From assembly GCA_045640025.1 (NCBI GenBank), contig JAZUEG010000320.1:1-40031 (forward strand): DNA of 40,031 bases. Reading direction: 5' to 3'. A program made the translations under genes and the position numbers. A model generated the notes under the pieces. The model was given only the letters and a program-made list of their open reading frames with translations. It did not search any database and was not told where the DNA came from. Shown one piece after another: positions 26,070-33,588 of the stretch. Source of the DNA: Bacteroidales bacterium. Its GTDB lineage: Bacteria > Bacteroidota > Bacteroidia > Bacteroidales > UBA3824. The stretch's first letter is position 1, and the number at the start of each line of letters is the position of its first letter.

Positions 26070-26184
26070 CTTGCTGAAGTTTGGCGACTTAAACAGAATT
26101 GATTGAGTTGAAGTTAATGCCTGCGTGCTTTGTGCGTGGGCTTTAACTGTCTGTCAATTCGGGTACGCCAAACACCTCAGCAAG
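26070..26184 (+). ncRNA. About 115-nt multi-tier hairpin (candidate structured 5' leader or small RNA)
   Basis: Helices traced by hand: 26070-26077/26177-26184 (8 bp), 26080-26086/26166-26172 (7 bp), 26096-26102/26154-26160 (7 bp), and 26112-26128/26132-26148 (apical stem, 1 mismatch). The apical stem has several G-U pairs, so it works only as + strand RNA. A T8 run lies at 26210-26217. Confidence 0.4.
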
Positions 26185-26243
26185 CAGATATGTTAGAGTG
26201 CCACGCTTATTTTTTTTGATAACAAATTAATACAATAATAGAA

Positions 26244-27704
26244 ATGGAAAATTTATTTAAGTTAGACTCGCTAACAATAATTTGGTTGACTATAACCGTG
26301 TTGTTGCTTATAGTATCGATTGTGTTAGTTACGGTTTGGAAAAAGAAAGGGACTTTGTCAGATAATCAACGAATGATTGATTGTTTACCTTCTTTGTTGT
26401 CAACGTTTGGCGTTTTGGGTACTTTTATTGGTATTACAATTGGATTGATTCATTTTGAGACAAGTGATATTGATGCTAGTATACCTAAATTGTTGGATGG
26501 TCTTAAAACAGCATTTTTTACTTCTCTTGCTGGTATGGGATGTTCTATGATTTTACAACAGATAATCTCCTTTGTCTTTGATAGAGCAGAGAAAAAATCT
26601 GATATTTCCATTGCCTCTCAGAAGATTGTAGAGGCAGTAGAGGAAATGAAGAATGTTTTGAGTAAGCAATCTAGTGATTTAGAGTCTGTTCAAACTAATT
26701 TTTATAAATACGCAGAAGGTCAATTGTCTTCTTTGGGTAAGGGAATTGATAAGATGTTGTTAGCATTGAATGGCATTTCTTCTGATACCGACAATATTTC
26801 AACTATTTCAGAATCATTAGCGTCAATAAATAAATCTGTTGATTCGGTTGATGGATATTCTGCCAAGATTTTGAAGGGTGAAGATGAACTAAATTCCTCT
26901 TTGAAGTCGTATATCGCTAAGTTCGATATAGGAATTGCTGATTTGCAGAGGCAGATGTCAGGAACAAATGTGTTGCTCGGTGAAAAATTTGATGAGTTTA
27001 GTCAATTGCTGAAGAAGAGCAATACTGAGGCTCTTGTTGAGGTTATGAAGAAAGTAACCGAGGAATTCCAAAAGCAGATGAATGATCTTATTGGTCGTCT
27101 TGTAAAAGAAAATTTCCAACAATTGAACGATAGTGTTAAGCGTTTGAACGATTGGCAATTGGAGAACAAAGAGATGATTCAGAAGTTGACTTCTCAGTAT
27201 GTTCAGATGACCGATTCTTTCGAGAAGACTTCTACAACACTTGATAAGGTCGGTAAGGATACTACTGTTTTGGTTTCTGATGGCAGTAAACTTGATCAGA
27301 TTGTCAAGGCCTTGAATGAGGTGATGGTAGATGACCAACGTTTTGTTGAAATGGGTGTAAATCTCACTGAGTCTGCAGAAAGTGTAAGAGATGCTAATGC
27401 AAGTTTCAATGATAGTGCTCAGAAACTAAGCAACTGGGTTCTTAAACAAAAGGATTTTAATGAGAATGTTAATGTCTTGATTAAGAAACTTGATGATATT
27501 AATAAGATTAACGATTATGCTTCTACTTTCTGGTCAGAGGCTCGAAAAGGTATGAATGATAGTGTTGGTATTTTGCAAACTGGTTCAAAGAATTTGCAAC
27601 AGCAAATCAATGGTATTAATCAGTCATTCTATGAGCGATTGAGTGCAACTCTTGGCGAACTTGACAATCTTATAACTTCGTGGTTAAAGAATAATAGGAG
27701 ATAA
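26244..27704 (+). CDS. MotA/ExbB/TolQ-like proton-channel protein with long C-terminal coiled-coil tail (ZorA-like)
   Basis: 486 aa. TM1 is LTIIWLTITVLLLIVSIVLVTVW. TM2 LPSLLSTFGVLGTFIGITIGL matches the GLLGTV.G motif of MotA/TolQ/ExbB. TM3 is LKTAFFTSLAGMGCSMILQQI (AL.TT..GL-like). The following roughly 370 aa are heptad-rich, Cys-free helical sequence of low aromatic content (Q/E/K/L/N/S). Confidence 0.8.
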   Translation: MENLFKLDSLTIIWLTITVLLLIVSIVLVTVWKKKGTLSDNQRMIDCLPSLLSTFGVLGTFIGITIGLIHFETSDIDASIPKLLDGLKTAFFTSLAGMGCSMILQQIISFVFDRAEKKSDISIASQKIVEAVEEMKNVLSKQSSDLESVQTNFYKYAEGQLSSLGKGIDKMLLALNGISSDTDNISTISESLASINKSVDSVDGYSAKILKGEDELNSSLKSYIAKFDIGIADLQRQMSGTNVLLGEKFDEFSQLLKKSNTEALVEVMKKVTEEFQKQMNDLIGRLVKENFQQLNDSVKRLNDWQLENKEMIQKLTSQYVQMTDSFEKTSTTLDKVGKDTTVLVSDGSKLDQIVKALNEVMVDDQRFVEMGVNLTESAESVRDANASFNDSAQKLSNWVLKQKDFNENVNVLIKKLDDINKINDYASTFWSEARKGMNDSVGILQTGSKNLQQQINGINQSFYERLSATLGELDNLITSWLKNNRR

Positions 27705-27706
27705 TT

Positions 27707-28405
27707 ATGGCAAAACATAACGAATGGATGTCTGTTTCTGACTTGATGACAGGATTGATGATTATCTTTCTTTTCATTACGGTTGCTTATATGAAACGAG
27801 TTAAGGAAAATCAAAACGTCCTTAATGATTATGTTGAGACTCGAAATCAATTGTACGAAGAATTGAAAGATAAATTCCAAGTTGAATTGAATAATCGAGA
27901 TTTGGCGTTAGGCAATGATTTGTCTATGAAGTTCAATAATGCGTCTAGTTTGTTTGAATCAGGCAAATCTGAATTGACAAATGAGTTCAAGCAAAAATTG
28001 GATATGTTTTTGCCAAAGTATCTTGATATTTTGCTCAATAGTGAATTTTCTGATGAGATAATGGAAATTCGAATTGAAGGACATACCGATCCCGTTAGAT
28101 TTGATGCTCTGGACAAGGATCCTTATATTGCCAATGTAATTCTTTCTCAACGTCGTGCGTTAGAGGTTTTGAAATATTTAAGGAAACTTCCTATGTATGA
28201 GGAGTTAGATTCTGCCAAGAAAGCCAAACTGAACTTTTGGTTTACTGCAAATGGATTTTCTTATGGAAAATCTCTTGATAGTAGTGGCGAATATACTTAT
28301 GTTAGTAAGAATGACATTGATAACGATAAATCACGTCGAGTGGAGTTTCGTATTATTACACGAGGTGATGATATATTGATTGATTTTGTTAATAAGAATA
28401 AATAG
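27707..28405 (+). CDS. MotB/OmpA-like peptidoglycan-binding stator protein (ZorB-like)
   Basis: 232 aa, starting 2 nt after the upstream stop. The N-terminal TM helix WMSVSDLMTGLMIIFLFITVAYM carries the conserved channel Asp (D12) as in MotB/TolR/ExbD. The OmpA-like C-terminus has IRIEGHTDPV, LSQRRALEVLKYL and SRRVEFRI. Confidence 0.85.
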   Translation: MAKHNEWMSVSDLMTGLMIIFLFITVAYMKRVKENQNVLNDYVETRNQLYEELKDKFQVELNNRDLALGNDLSMKFNNASSLFESGKSELTNEFKQKLDMFLPKYLDILLNSEFSDEIMEIRIEGHTDPVRFDALDKDPYIANVILSQRRALEVLKYLRKLPMYEELDSAKKAKLNFWFTANGFSYGKSLDSSGEYTYVSKNDIDNDKSRRVEFRIITRGDDILIDFVNKNK

Positions 28406-28408
28406 ATT

Positions 28409-29284
28409 ATGGAAGAGCCAAAGTTAATATGTTCGTTTTCTAAATTAAGGAATTTTATAGAAAGTTCGGGAGTTACCGTGGGTAATCGTCCGACTTATCG
28501 TGCTGTAAGGGCAGGAGATATTACTATAAAGAATGGTAATTTATCAGGTGAGGTCTTTGAAGATGCCGATGGTATGTTTGCTGTAAGTGATTCTGATGGG
28601 GTTGATCGAAAGGTTTTCCTGATAAAAAAATCATATAACTTTGGATATGGATCTACTCCTAAGGCACATTTATGTATGTGTGAAGCGGTAAACACTTTTG
28701 GCTCAAGTTCGTATAGATATGCTAATGACTTGCCGATTTCTGTTAGGGATTCTAGTTCAGGCAATAATATAAGTCTTAGCAATCTTGGATTGTGTAATTA
28801 TTGTAGGAATCAATTGCAGAATGAGTTTTCTAAAATTAGATCTATCAATGAATTTGTTGATATATTAAAGTCTGCCGATGATGGCTTGTTTAATGAGCCC
28901 GAAAACAATGAAGTTGATTTTAATGGTTATGTAAAAGATTGGAACAAAATCAGTGAGGCGTATCGTGTGACAAAGCAATACAAGTGTGAGAAATGTGGCA
29001 TTGATTTAGATGATTTTCAAGGCCATTTTTATTGTCAAGTTCATCACAAAAATGGTGATAAATTAAACAATAGAACAAATAATCTGATTTGCTTATGTGT
29101 TGCTTGCCATTCAAATGTAGATGCTCGGCATAAGGATAATTTCAGTACTAAAGCAAATCAAGAATTGCTTAAGGCTTTTGAGAAATATAAAAAGGAGAAT
29201 AACAAGCAGGTTGATGTACCACAACAAAACAATCCTCTTTCTGTTGAATCTCATTTAACGAGTTTGTTTAAATTTAAATCTTAA
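28409..29284 (+). CDS. HNH endonuclease-domain protein with unknown ~190-aa N-terminal domain (ZorE-like effector)
   Basis: 291 aa, starting 3 nt after the upstream stop. The C-terminal motif is CEKCG...QVHHKNGDKLNNRTNNLICLCVACHSNVDARH, which has CxxC, HH, N, N and CxxCH and so gives a zinc-finger-type HNH. Confidence 0.8.
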   Translation: MEEPKLICSFSKLRNFIESSGVTVGNRPTYRAVRAGDITIKNGNLSGEVFEDADGMFAVSDSDGVDRKVFLIKKSYNFGYGSTPKAHLCMCEAVNTFGSSSYRYANDLPISVRDSSSGNNISLSNLGLCNYCRNQLQNEFSKIRSINEFVDILKSADDGLFNEPENNEVDFNGYVKDWNKISEAYRVTKQYKCEKCGIDLDDFQGHFYCQVHHKNGDKLNNRTNNLICLCVACHSNVDARHKDNFSTKANQELLKAFEKYKKENNKQVDVPQQNNPLSVESHLTSLFKFKS

Positions 29285-29298
29285 TATGATATAAGATT

Positions 29299-29499
29299 AT
29301 GGATAAGATTACGACACGTGTCGAATTTGACGCAACCCGAGCAGAAGTCGACCGTCTTATTGCCGAGGCAACCGAAAAAGGTATGCTTGAACCTGAAATG
29401 GACAACGAATATATTCAGGAAATTTCTCGTCTCTGTCTTTTAATGGCAGATTACGAGGATAATGTGCTCAAGATTTTTCCATTGAGGGAACGGGGTTAA
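29299..29499 (+). CDS. Small 66-aa protein resembling only the N-terminal helical part of HigA-type antitoxins (possible gene remnant)
   Basis: The pattern ITTRVEFDATRAEVDRLIAEA...EYIQEISRLCLLMADYEDNV resembles the N-terminal region of HigA-like proteins (I..e.EY..al..i..L.....l..L..lI..YE). No HTH follows. GC is backbone-like, which differs from the adjacent low-GC operon. Confidence 0.35.
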   Translation: MDKITTRVEFDATRAEVDRLIAEATEKGMLEPEMDNEYIQEISRLCLLMADYEDNVLKIFPLRERG

Positions 29500-29633
29500 G
29501 CATTAATCATCAATAATTTATAATTATCCCCCAACTTGGGGGACAATTATATAAAAGAACGTTACGGCGGATTATCCAATTTCTTGACTATCCCCGTCCG
29601 AAACGGCTCGTACTTATCTTTTGTAATGCTCGC

Positions 29634-30083
29634 CTACTTAGATTTTGTGAAATCTAAATCCCTTCTTGATGGTCTTTCGTATGTGAATTTTGTGTTTCCG
29701 TCAGGATGTGTGATTGCAAAATCCATAAGCGAAATTATTGGCATTCCTATTAGGATGTCGTAATCAGGAAGTTCGTTTACTACAACTTCTACGTCTTCAA
29801 ATAGTTCTCCACTCGGCAGTCCCAAATGAACACGACATACTTCTCCTTCGCAATCTCCGCCTGCGCCTGCTATTATTGCTTTGCCGATAGGTTTTAGACA
29901 AAGTGCTTTTGCAACTTTAGGAGTGATGATAACGCTACTTGCGCCTGTGTCCCAAGCGCCTATGTTTGTGTGGTAGTATTCTTTTATTTGTTCTCCTTTG
30001 GATAAATCGGCGGGTGGAAAAATAAGGCATTCTGTTACAATTGCCTCAGCCAAGCCATTGTAATTGGTTACGAATTTTCCCAT
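29634..30083 (-). CDS. Retropepsin-like aspartyl protease
   Basis: 149 aa. It has the catalytic AWDTGAS (D-T-G-A) and a downstream ILIGMPIIS (the hydrophobic-hydrophobic-Gly motif of clan AA). The size fits a single-lobe, dimerising bacterial retropepsin. Confidence 0.7.
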   Translation of the reverse strand: MGKFVTNYNGLAEAIVTECLIFPPADLSKGEQIKEYYHTNIGAWDTGASSVIITPKVAKALCLKPIGKAIIAGAGGDCEGEVCRVHLGLPSGELFEDVEVVVNELPDYDILIGMPIISLMDFAITHPDGNTKFTYERPSRRDLDFTKSK

Positions 30084-30247
30084 TTTATTTCTGAAATTTT
30101 CCTAATGTGATAATGCCTGTGGGTATTGCACGTGATGCTCTTAACCTTGAAGGAGGTAACGATAACTCGCTTTCCTACAAGATTTTGTTTTGGCATTTTT
30201 ATTCTTTCCTTGAAGTCCTCTATTTTGAAGTCCTTGAATTCTTTCAT
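30068..30247 (-). CDS. Hypothetical small basic protein (59 aa) upstream of and overlapping the protease gene
   Basis: An internal ATG at 30247 gives MKEFKDFKIEDFKERIKMPKQNLVGKRVIV.... TAnnTTTG boxes on the - strand lie at 30263-30270 and 30283-30290. It overlaps the protease start by 16 nt. No homology recognised. Confidence 0.3.
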   Translation of the reverse strand: MKEFKDFKIEDFKERIKMPKQNLVGKRVIVTSFKVKSITCNTHRHYHIRKISEIKWENS

Positions 30248-30353
30248 CGCGATAATTTTTTGCAAAAATATAATTTTTTTCCCAAATATAGTGTATTTGT
30301 GAAAATATTTTCTAATCTCCACCCAATAATCCTTGCTTTTTCAATATTTTTGT

Positions 30354-30361
30354 TATCTTTG
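30354..30361 (+). promoter_or_regulatory. -7 promoter box TATCTTTG for hipBA
   Basis: Lies 37 nt upstream of the ATG at 30399. The 16-mer ttatctttgcaactga is identical to the one at 36473-36488, upstream of the Rpn gene. Confidence 0.45.
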
Positions 30362-30398
30362 CAACTGATAATATATTATTAATTAAAGGCGATTCTTT

Positions 30399-30734
30399 AT
30401 GGATACTAACAATATATTAGCACTTCTGGAGCAATATACAATTGACAATCCTGATGATGTGGCGATGGAGATTGCTAATGATTTCAGGAGGCGGAGGATT
30501 GAGAAAAATCTTACCCGTGAGCAGGTGGCCGAGATGTCGCAGGTGCCGTTGTCGAATATCGCGAGGTTCGAGCAGAAGGGACTTGTCTCGCTTCAGAACC
30601 TCATAAAGATTGCTATGGCCGTTGGCTATACTTCCGACATTAAGAATATTTTCAAGACTCAGAAGTATCAGACAATGGATGAAATGCTTCAGATAAAGAG
30701 AAATCTCAATAAAAAACGGGCTACTAAGAAATGA
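30399..30734 (+). CDS. hipB: XRE-family HTH antitoxin (HipB-like)
   Basis: 111 aa. The HTH is LTREQVAEMSQVPLSNIARFEQKG. Its stop overlaps the hipA start (ATGA, 4-nt overlap). Confidence 0.7.
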   Translation: MDTNNILALLEQYTIDNPDDVAMEIANDFRRRRIEKNLTREQVAEMSQVPLSNIARFEQKGLVSLQNLIKIAMAVGYTSDIKNIFKTQKYQTMDEMLQIKRNLNKKRATKK

Positions 30735-31849
30735 AATCTATCGAAAAACTTTTAGTGAAATATCACGGTAGGGGGGTGGGCAGGTTGTCCCTTACTCCTA
30801 ATAGCCGTTTGTGCGCTTTTGAATACAATAGTCAATGGTTGTCTGATGGATTCTCTATTTCTCCGTTGGAATTGCCGTTGAAGCCTGGAGTGTTTGTTGC
30901 AAAACCTAATCCGTTGGCTGGTAATTTCGGCATTTTTGAGGATAGTCTTCCTGATGGATATGGCCGTTATCTCCTGCATAAAACTCTTCAGAGTCAGGGA
31001 GTTGATGATAATAATCTTTCTGTCTTGGATAGGTTGAGCATTGTTGGCAGTGGAGGTATGGGCGCGTTGTGTTATGAGCCCGAGACCCATATTTTGAAGG
31101 CTGTGGAAGTCGCTGATTTCGACTTGCTTCAACAACGTGCCTTGGAGGTTCTTCAGGAAAAGACTGATGATGACGCAGGATTGCTTTTGTACAATAGTGG
31201 AAACAGCGGAGGGTGCCGTCCAAAGGCGGTTTTCTCTGATAGTCAGGGACATTGGCTTGTAAAATTCCGCCATACATACGATCCTAAGGATATGGGAGTT
31301 CAGGAATTTCATTATAATGAGATTGCCCGTAAATGTGGAATTCAAGTTCCTGATTTCAAGTTGTTGAATAGTAAGTATTTCGCTACACGTAGGTTTGATA
31401 TTTCAGGAGACGGAGAGCGCATTCACGTGGCCACGGCAGGAGGATTGCTTGGCTTGTCGCTTTCCACACCTGTACTTGATTATGCTAATTTGTTGTCGTT
31501 GACGGGCTATCTTACTCAGGATTATAAGGCCGTAGAGGAGATGTTTCGCCGTATGGTTTTTAATTATCTTGCTGATAATAAGGACGATCATTGCAAGAAT
31601 TTCGGTTTTATGTGTATGGGTGGTGTTGACGGCAAGTACCGTTGGCGTCTGGCTCCTGCGTATGACCTTACTTATTGTGCTGACGGCTATAACGGTGAAC
31701 ACGCCACTTCCGTGAATGGAACGTCGAAACCGAAACTATCTGATTTTGTGACAGTTGGTCAAAAGGTTCGGATTCAGGAAAGCCGTTGCCGAGAGATTAT
31801 TGCGCAGATTACCGATAATTGCGGTGATTTGTTGAGGTATAAATTCTAA
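30731..31849 (+). CDS. hipA: HipA-family serine/threonine kinase toxin
   Basis: 372 aa. The N-terminal coupling domain reads GRLSL...FEYNSQWL...ISPLELPL. It has GGCRPKA, the catalytic loop DDHCKNFGF and the Mg-binding region LAPAYDLTY. Confidence 0.8.
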   Translation: MKSIEKLLVKYHGRGVGRLSLTPNSRLCAFEYNSQWLSDGFSISPLELPLKPGVFVAKPNPLAGNFGIFEDSLPDGYGRYLLHKTLQSQGVDDNNLSVLDRLSIVGSGGMGALCYEPETHILKAVEVADFDLLQQRALEVLQEKTDDDAGLLLYNSGNSGGCRPKAVFSDSQGHWLVKFRHTYDPKDMGVQEFHYNEIARKCGIQVPDFKLLNSKYFATRRFDISGDGERIHVATAGGLLGLSLSTPVLDYANLLSLTGYLTQDYKAVEEMFRRMVFNYLADNKDDHCKNFGFMCMGGVDGKYRWRLAPAYDLTYCADGYNGEHATSVNGTSKPKLSDFVTVGQKVRIQESRCREIIAQITDNCGDLLRYKF

Positions 31850-31860
31850 TTTTTTTTGCT

Positions 31861-32292
31861 ATGCTTACCAAATATGACTTTGAATATCAGTTGATTCCGC
31901 AGTTGATTGATTGGGTGGAGAACGAGAATCCGGATGCTATCGGCAATCTGGCTGACAGGAATTTCTTTGAGGTGGTGATCACTAAACAGGGTGGTTGCAC
32001 GTTTTATCTTACCGACTTCAGGGCCGAGGCTATGCCTCTTGTGGCGGGGAAGTCGGGACTTATTCTCTATACTTTCCCAAGACCCGAGAAGCAACCTGAG
32101 GCGCTCTTCGGCGTTATCGTGATCACTTTCTCGGATAATCTTGTACACCTGAAATATTACACTCTTGAACTCGGCGCCAATGAGAACGAATATTTCGTCT
32201 TTCAGGCCGGTGTGGATATGCGTTTGAATTTCGGTGTTTTATCAGGCGAACCTACAAAAGAGAATTTTGTGAAGTGGTTGAAAGGGGCCTAA
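31861..32292 (+). CDS. Hypothetical 143-aa protein tightly linked downstream of hipA
   Basis: It starts 11 nt after the hipA stop and has the same strand and GC. No motif recognised. Confidence 0.55.
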   Translation: MLTKYDFEYQLIPQLIDWVENENPDAIGNLADRNFFEVVITKQGGCTFYLTDFRAEAMPLVAGKSGLILYTFPRPEKQPEALFGVIVITFSDNLVHLKYYTLELGANENEYFVFQAGVDMRLNFGVLSGEPTKENFVKWLKGA

Positions 32293-33317
32293 ATCTCCAC
32301 TCCAAATCTCAACAATCCTACCGCGCAGTTGTAGCCTTCCTGGTGGATTAGGTGGATGGCTGGCTGTATATACATAAAATCGTTTATTGAGTATTGGGCG
32401 GTGAGTTCGATGGCGTATTCGCTGATGTCGCGAAATTTGGCGATGTCGGCGAAGAGGCCGAGTTTCCAATTCCTTAGGTGGCAGTTTCCTCCAAGGCCGA
32501 TGAAGTCGGTGCATTGGTTGTGGATGTGGAAGGCGTGGGAGTAGCCTGCGATGAGGCTGATGTGGTCGCTGAGGCGTTGCTCGGCGTAGGTCCAAAGTGT
32601 TGTCTTGGTGTCCTTCTTGTCGAGGTCGAGTTCGCTCTCGATAGCGCCGTGGTGGATGGCTACGCCTGCGAAGTATTGACTACCATTGTTGCGGTACTCA
32701 AATTGTGTGAGTCCGAAAACGCCGTCGCTCTTGGGACAGAATCGGAACATATTCTCCTCGCCTGTGAATTTGTCGGAAGCAACGCCGTTGTATAGCGACG
32801 CCTGGATTTCGTATTTCTCTTTCTTGTAGGCATAATGCATTCCAATAGATGTTACGGGATAATTGGCTATGGGATAGTTGTTTGCTATCGTTGGGAAAAC
32901 TCCGCAACTACTGTTTATGAAGAGGCTGGTGACCTCGCTGGCGAAGTAGTCGTCGTTCATATTGCGGATGCCGAATTCTAATGTGTGGAACTCGTTGATA
33001 TTCCACTCCAAATCCAAAACTGCGAGCGTCAGGGCGATGTTGTCGGCCTCTATGTTTGAGAATCCCTGTTCGTCGTCGGCGATGGAGTTGTCGCGGGTTT
33101 TTACGAACGAGATTGTCTGACCCTCCAAGGCAAAGCGCTTACCTAATGGCAGTCTTGCGTTGATACTCAGTTGGTTGAGAAAGTTTATATCGCCGTGGGT
33201 GTTGGTTTGAAGTTCTGATATGTAGGAAAGGCCGAGAGTTTTGTCGTCGTCTGACTCCTGAGAGAATGCTGACTGGCTGATTATGAGCACCGTTAGCAAA
33301 AATAAAATTTTTTTCAT
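32289..33317 (-). CDS. Putative outer-membrane porin-like beta-barrel protein
   Basis: Signal peptide MKKILFLLTVLIISQSAFSQ. 342 aa with alternating hydrophobic beta-strand patterning and many Gly, Asn and aromatic residues. It lies downstream of mgtA on the same strand. Family assignment (OprB-like?) is uncertain. Confidence 0.6.
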   Translation of the reverse strand: MKKILFLLTVLIISQSAFSQESDDDKTLGLSYISELQTNTHGDINFLNQLSINARLPLGKRFALEGQTISFVKTRDNSIADDEQGFSNIEADNIALTLAVLDLEWNINEFHTLEFGIRNMNDDYFASEVTSLFINSSCGVFPTIANNYPIANYPVTSIGMHYAYKKEKYEIQASLYNGVASDKFTGEENMFRFCPKSDGVFGLTQFEYRNNGSQYFAGVAIHHGAIESELDLDKKDTKTTLWTYAEQRLSDHISLIAGYSHAFHIHNQCTDFIGLGGNCHLRNWKLGLFADIAKFRDISEYAIELTAQYSINDFMYIQPAIHLIHQEGYNCAVGLLRFGVEI

Positions 33318-33538
33318 TTGTAAGTCTTATTTTGAAAGTCCATTAATTTCGCTTGCAAAATTAATGGACTTTGGGGTTAGTAGCAATACCTAAAAGTAGG
33401 TATTATTTTTAGGGTGGTAATCCTCTAAGAGGTTAAGAGAGGTAAGAGTTTTTTTTTTCTCGCACGGAGATTAATAGATTTAGAGTTTCTTTTTTAAGAG
33501 TTTACATTTTTAAAAATAAAATTTTAAAAAATGTGAGT

Positions 33539-33568
33539 GTAAGAGCGCTTCTGATGAAATGCTCTTAC
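33539..33568 (-). terminator. Candidate intrinsic terminator after mgtA
   Basis: The - strand reads gtaagagc-(14 nt)-gctcttac followed by actcacatttttt. The stem is 8 bp (33561-33568 / 33539-33546). Confidence 0.45.
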
Positions 33569-33588
33569 CCTCTTAGAGAGAAATTTTT

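Noticed and set aside
30353-30368. Identical 16-mer ttatctttgcaactga upstream of hipB and upstream of the Rpn gene (36473-36488), as possible evidence of a shared mobile promoter cassette
   Set aside because: The match is essentially the Bacteroides -7 consensus (TAtcTTTG) plus 6 nt. The flanks are unrelated, so this is most likely promoter convergence.
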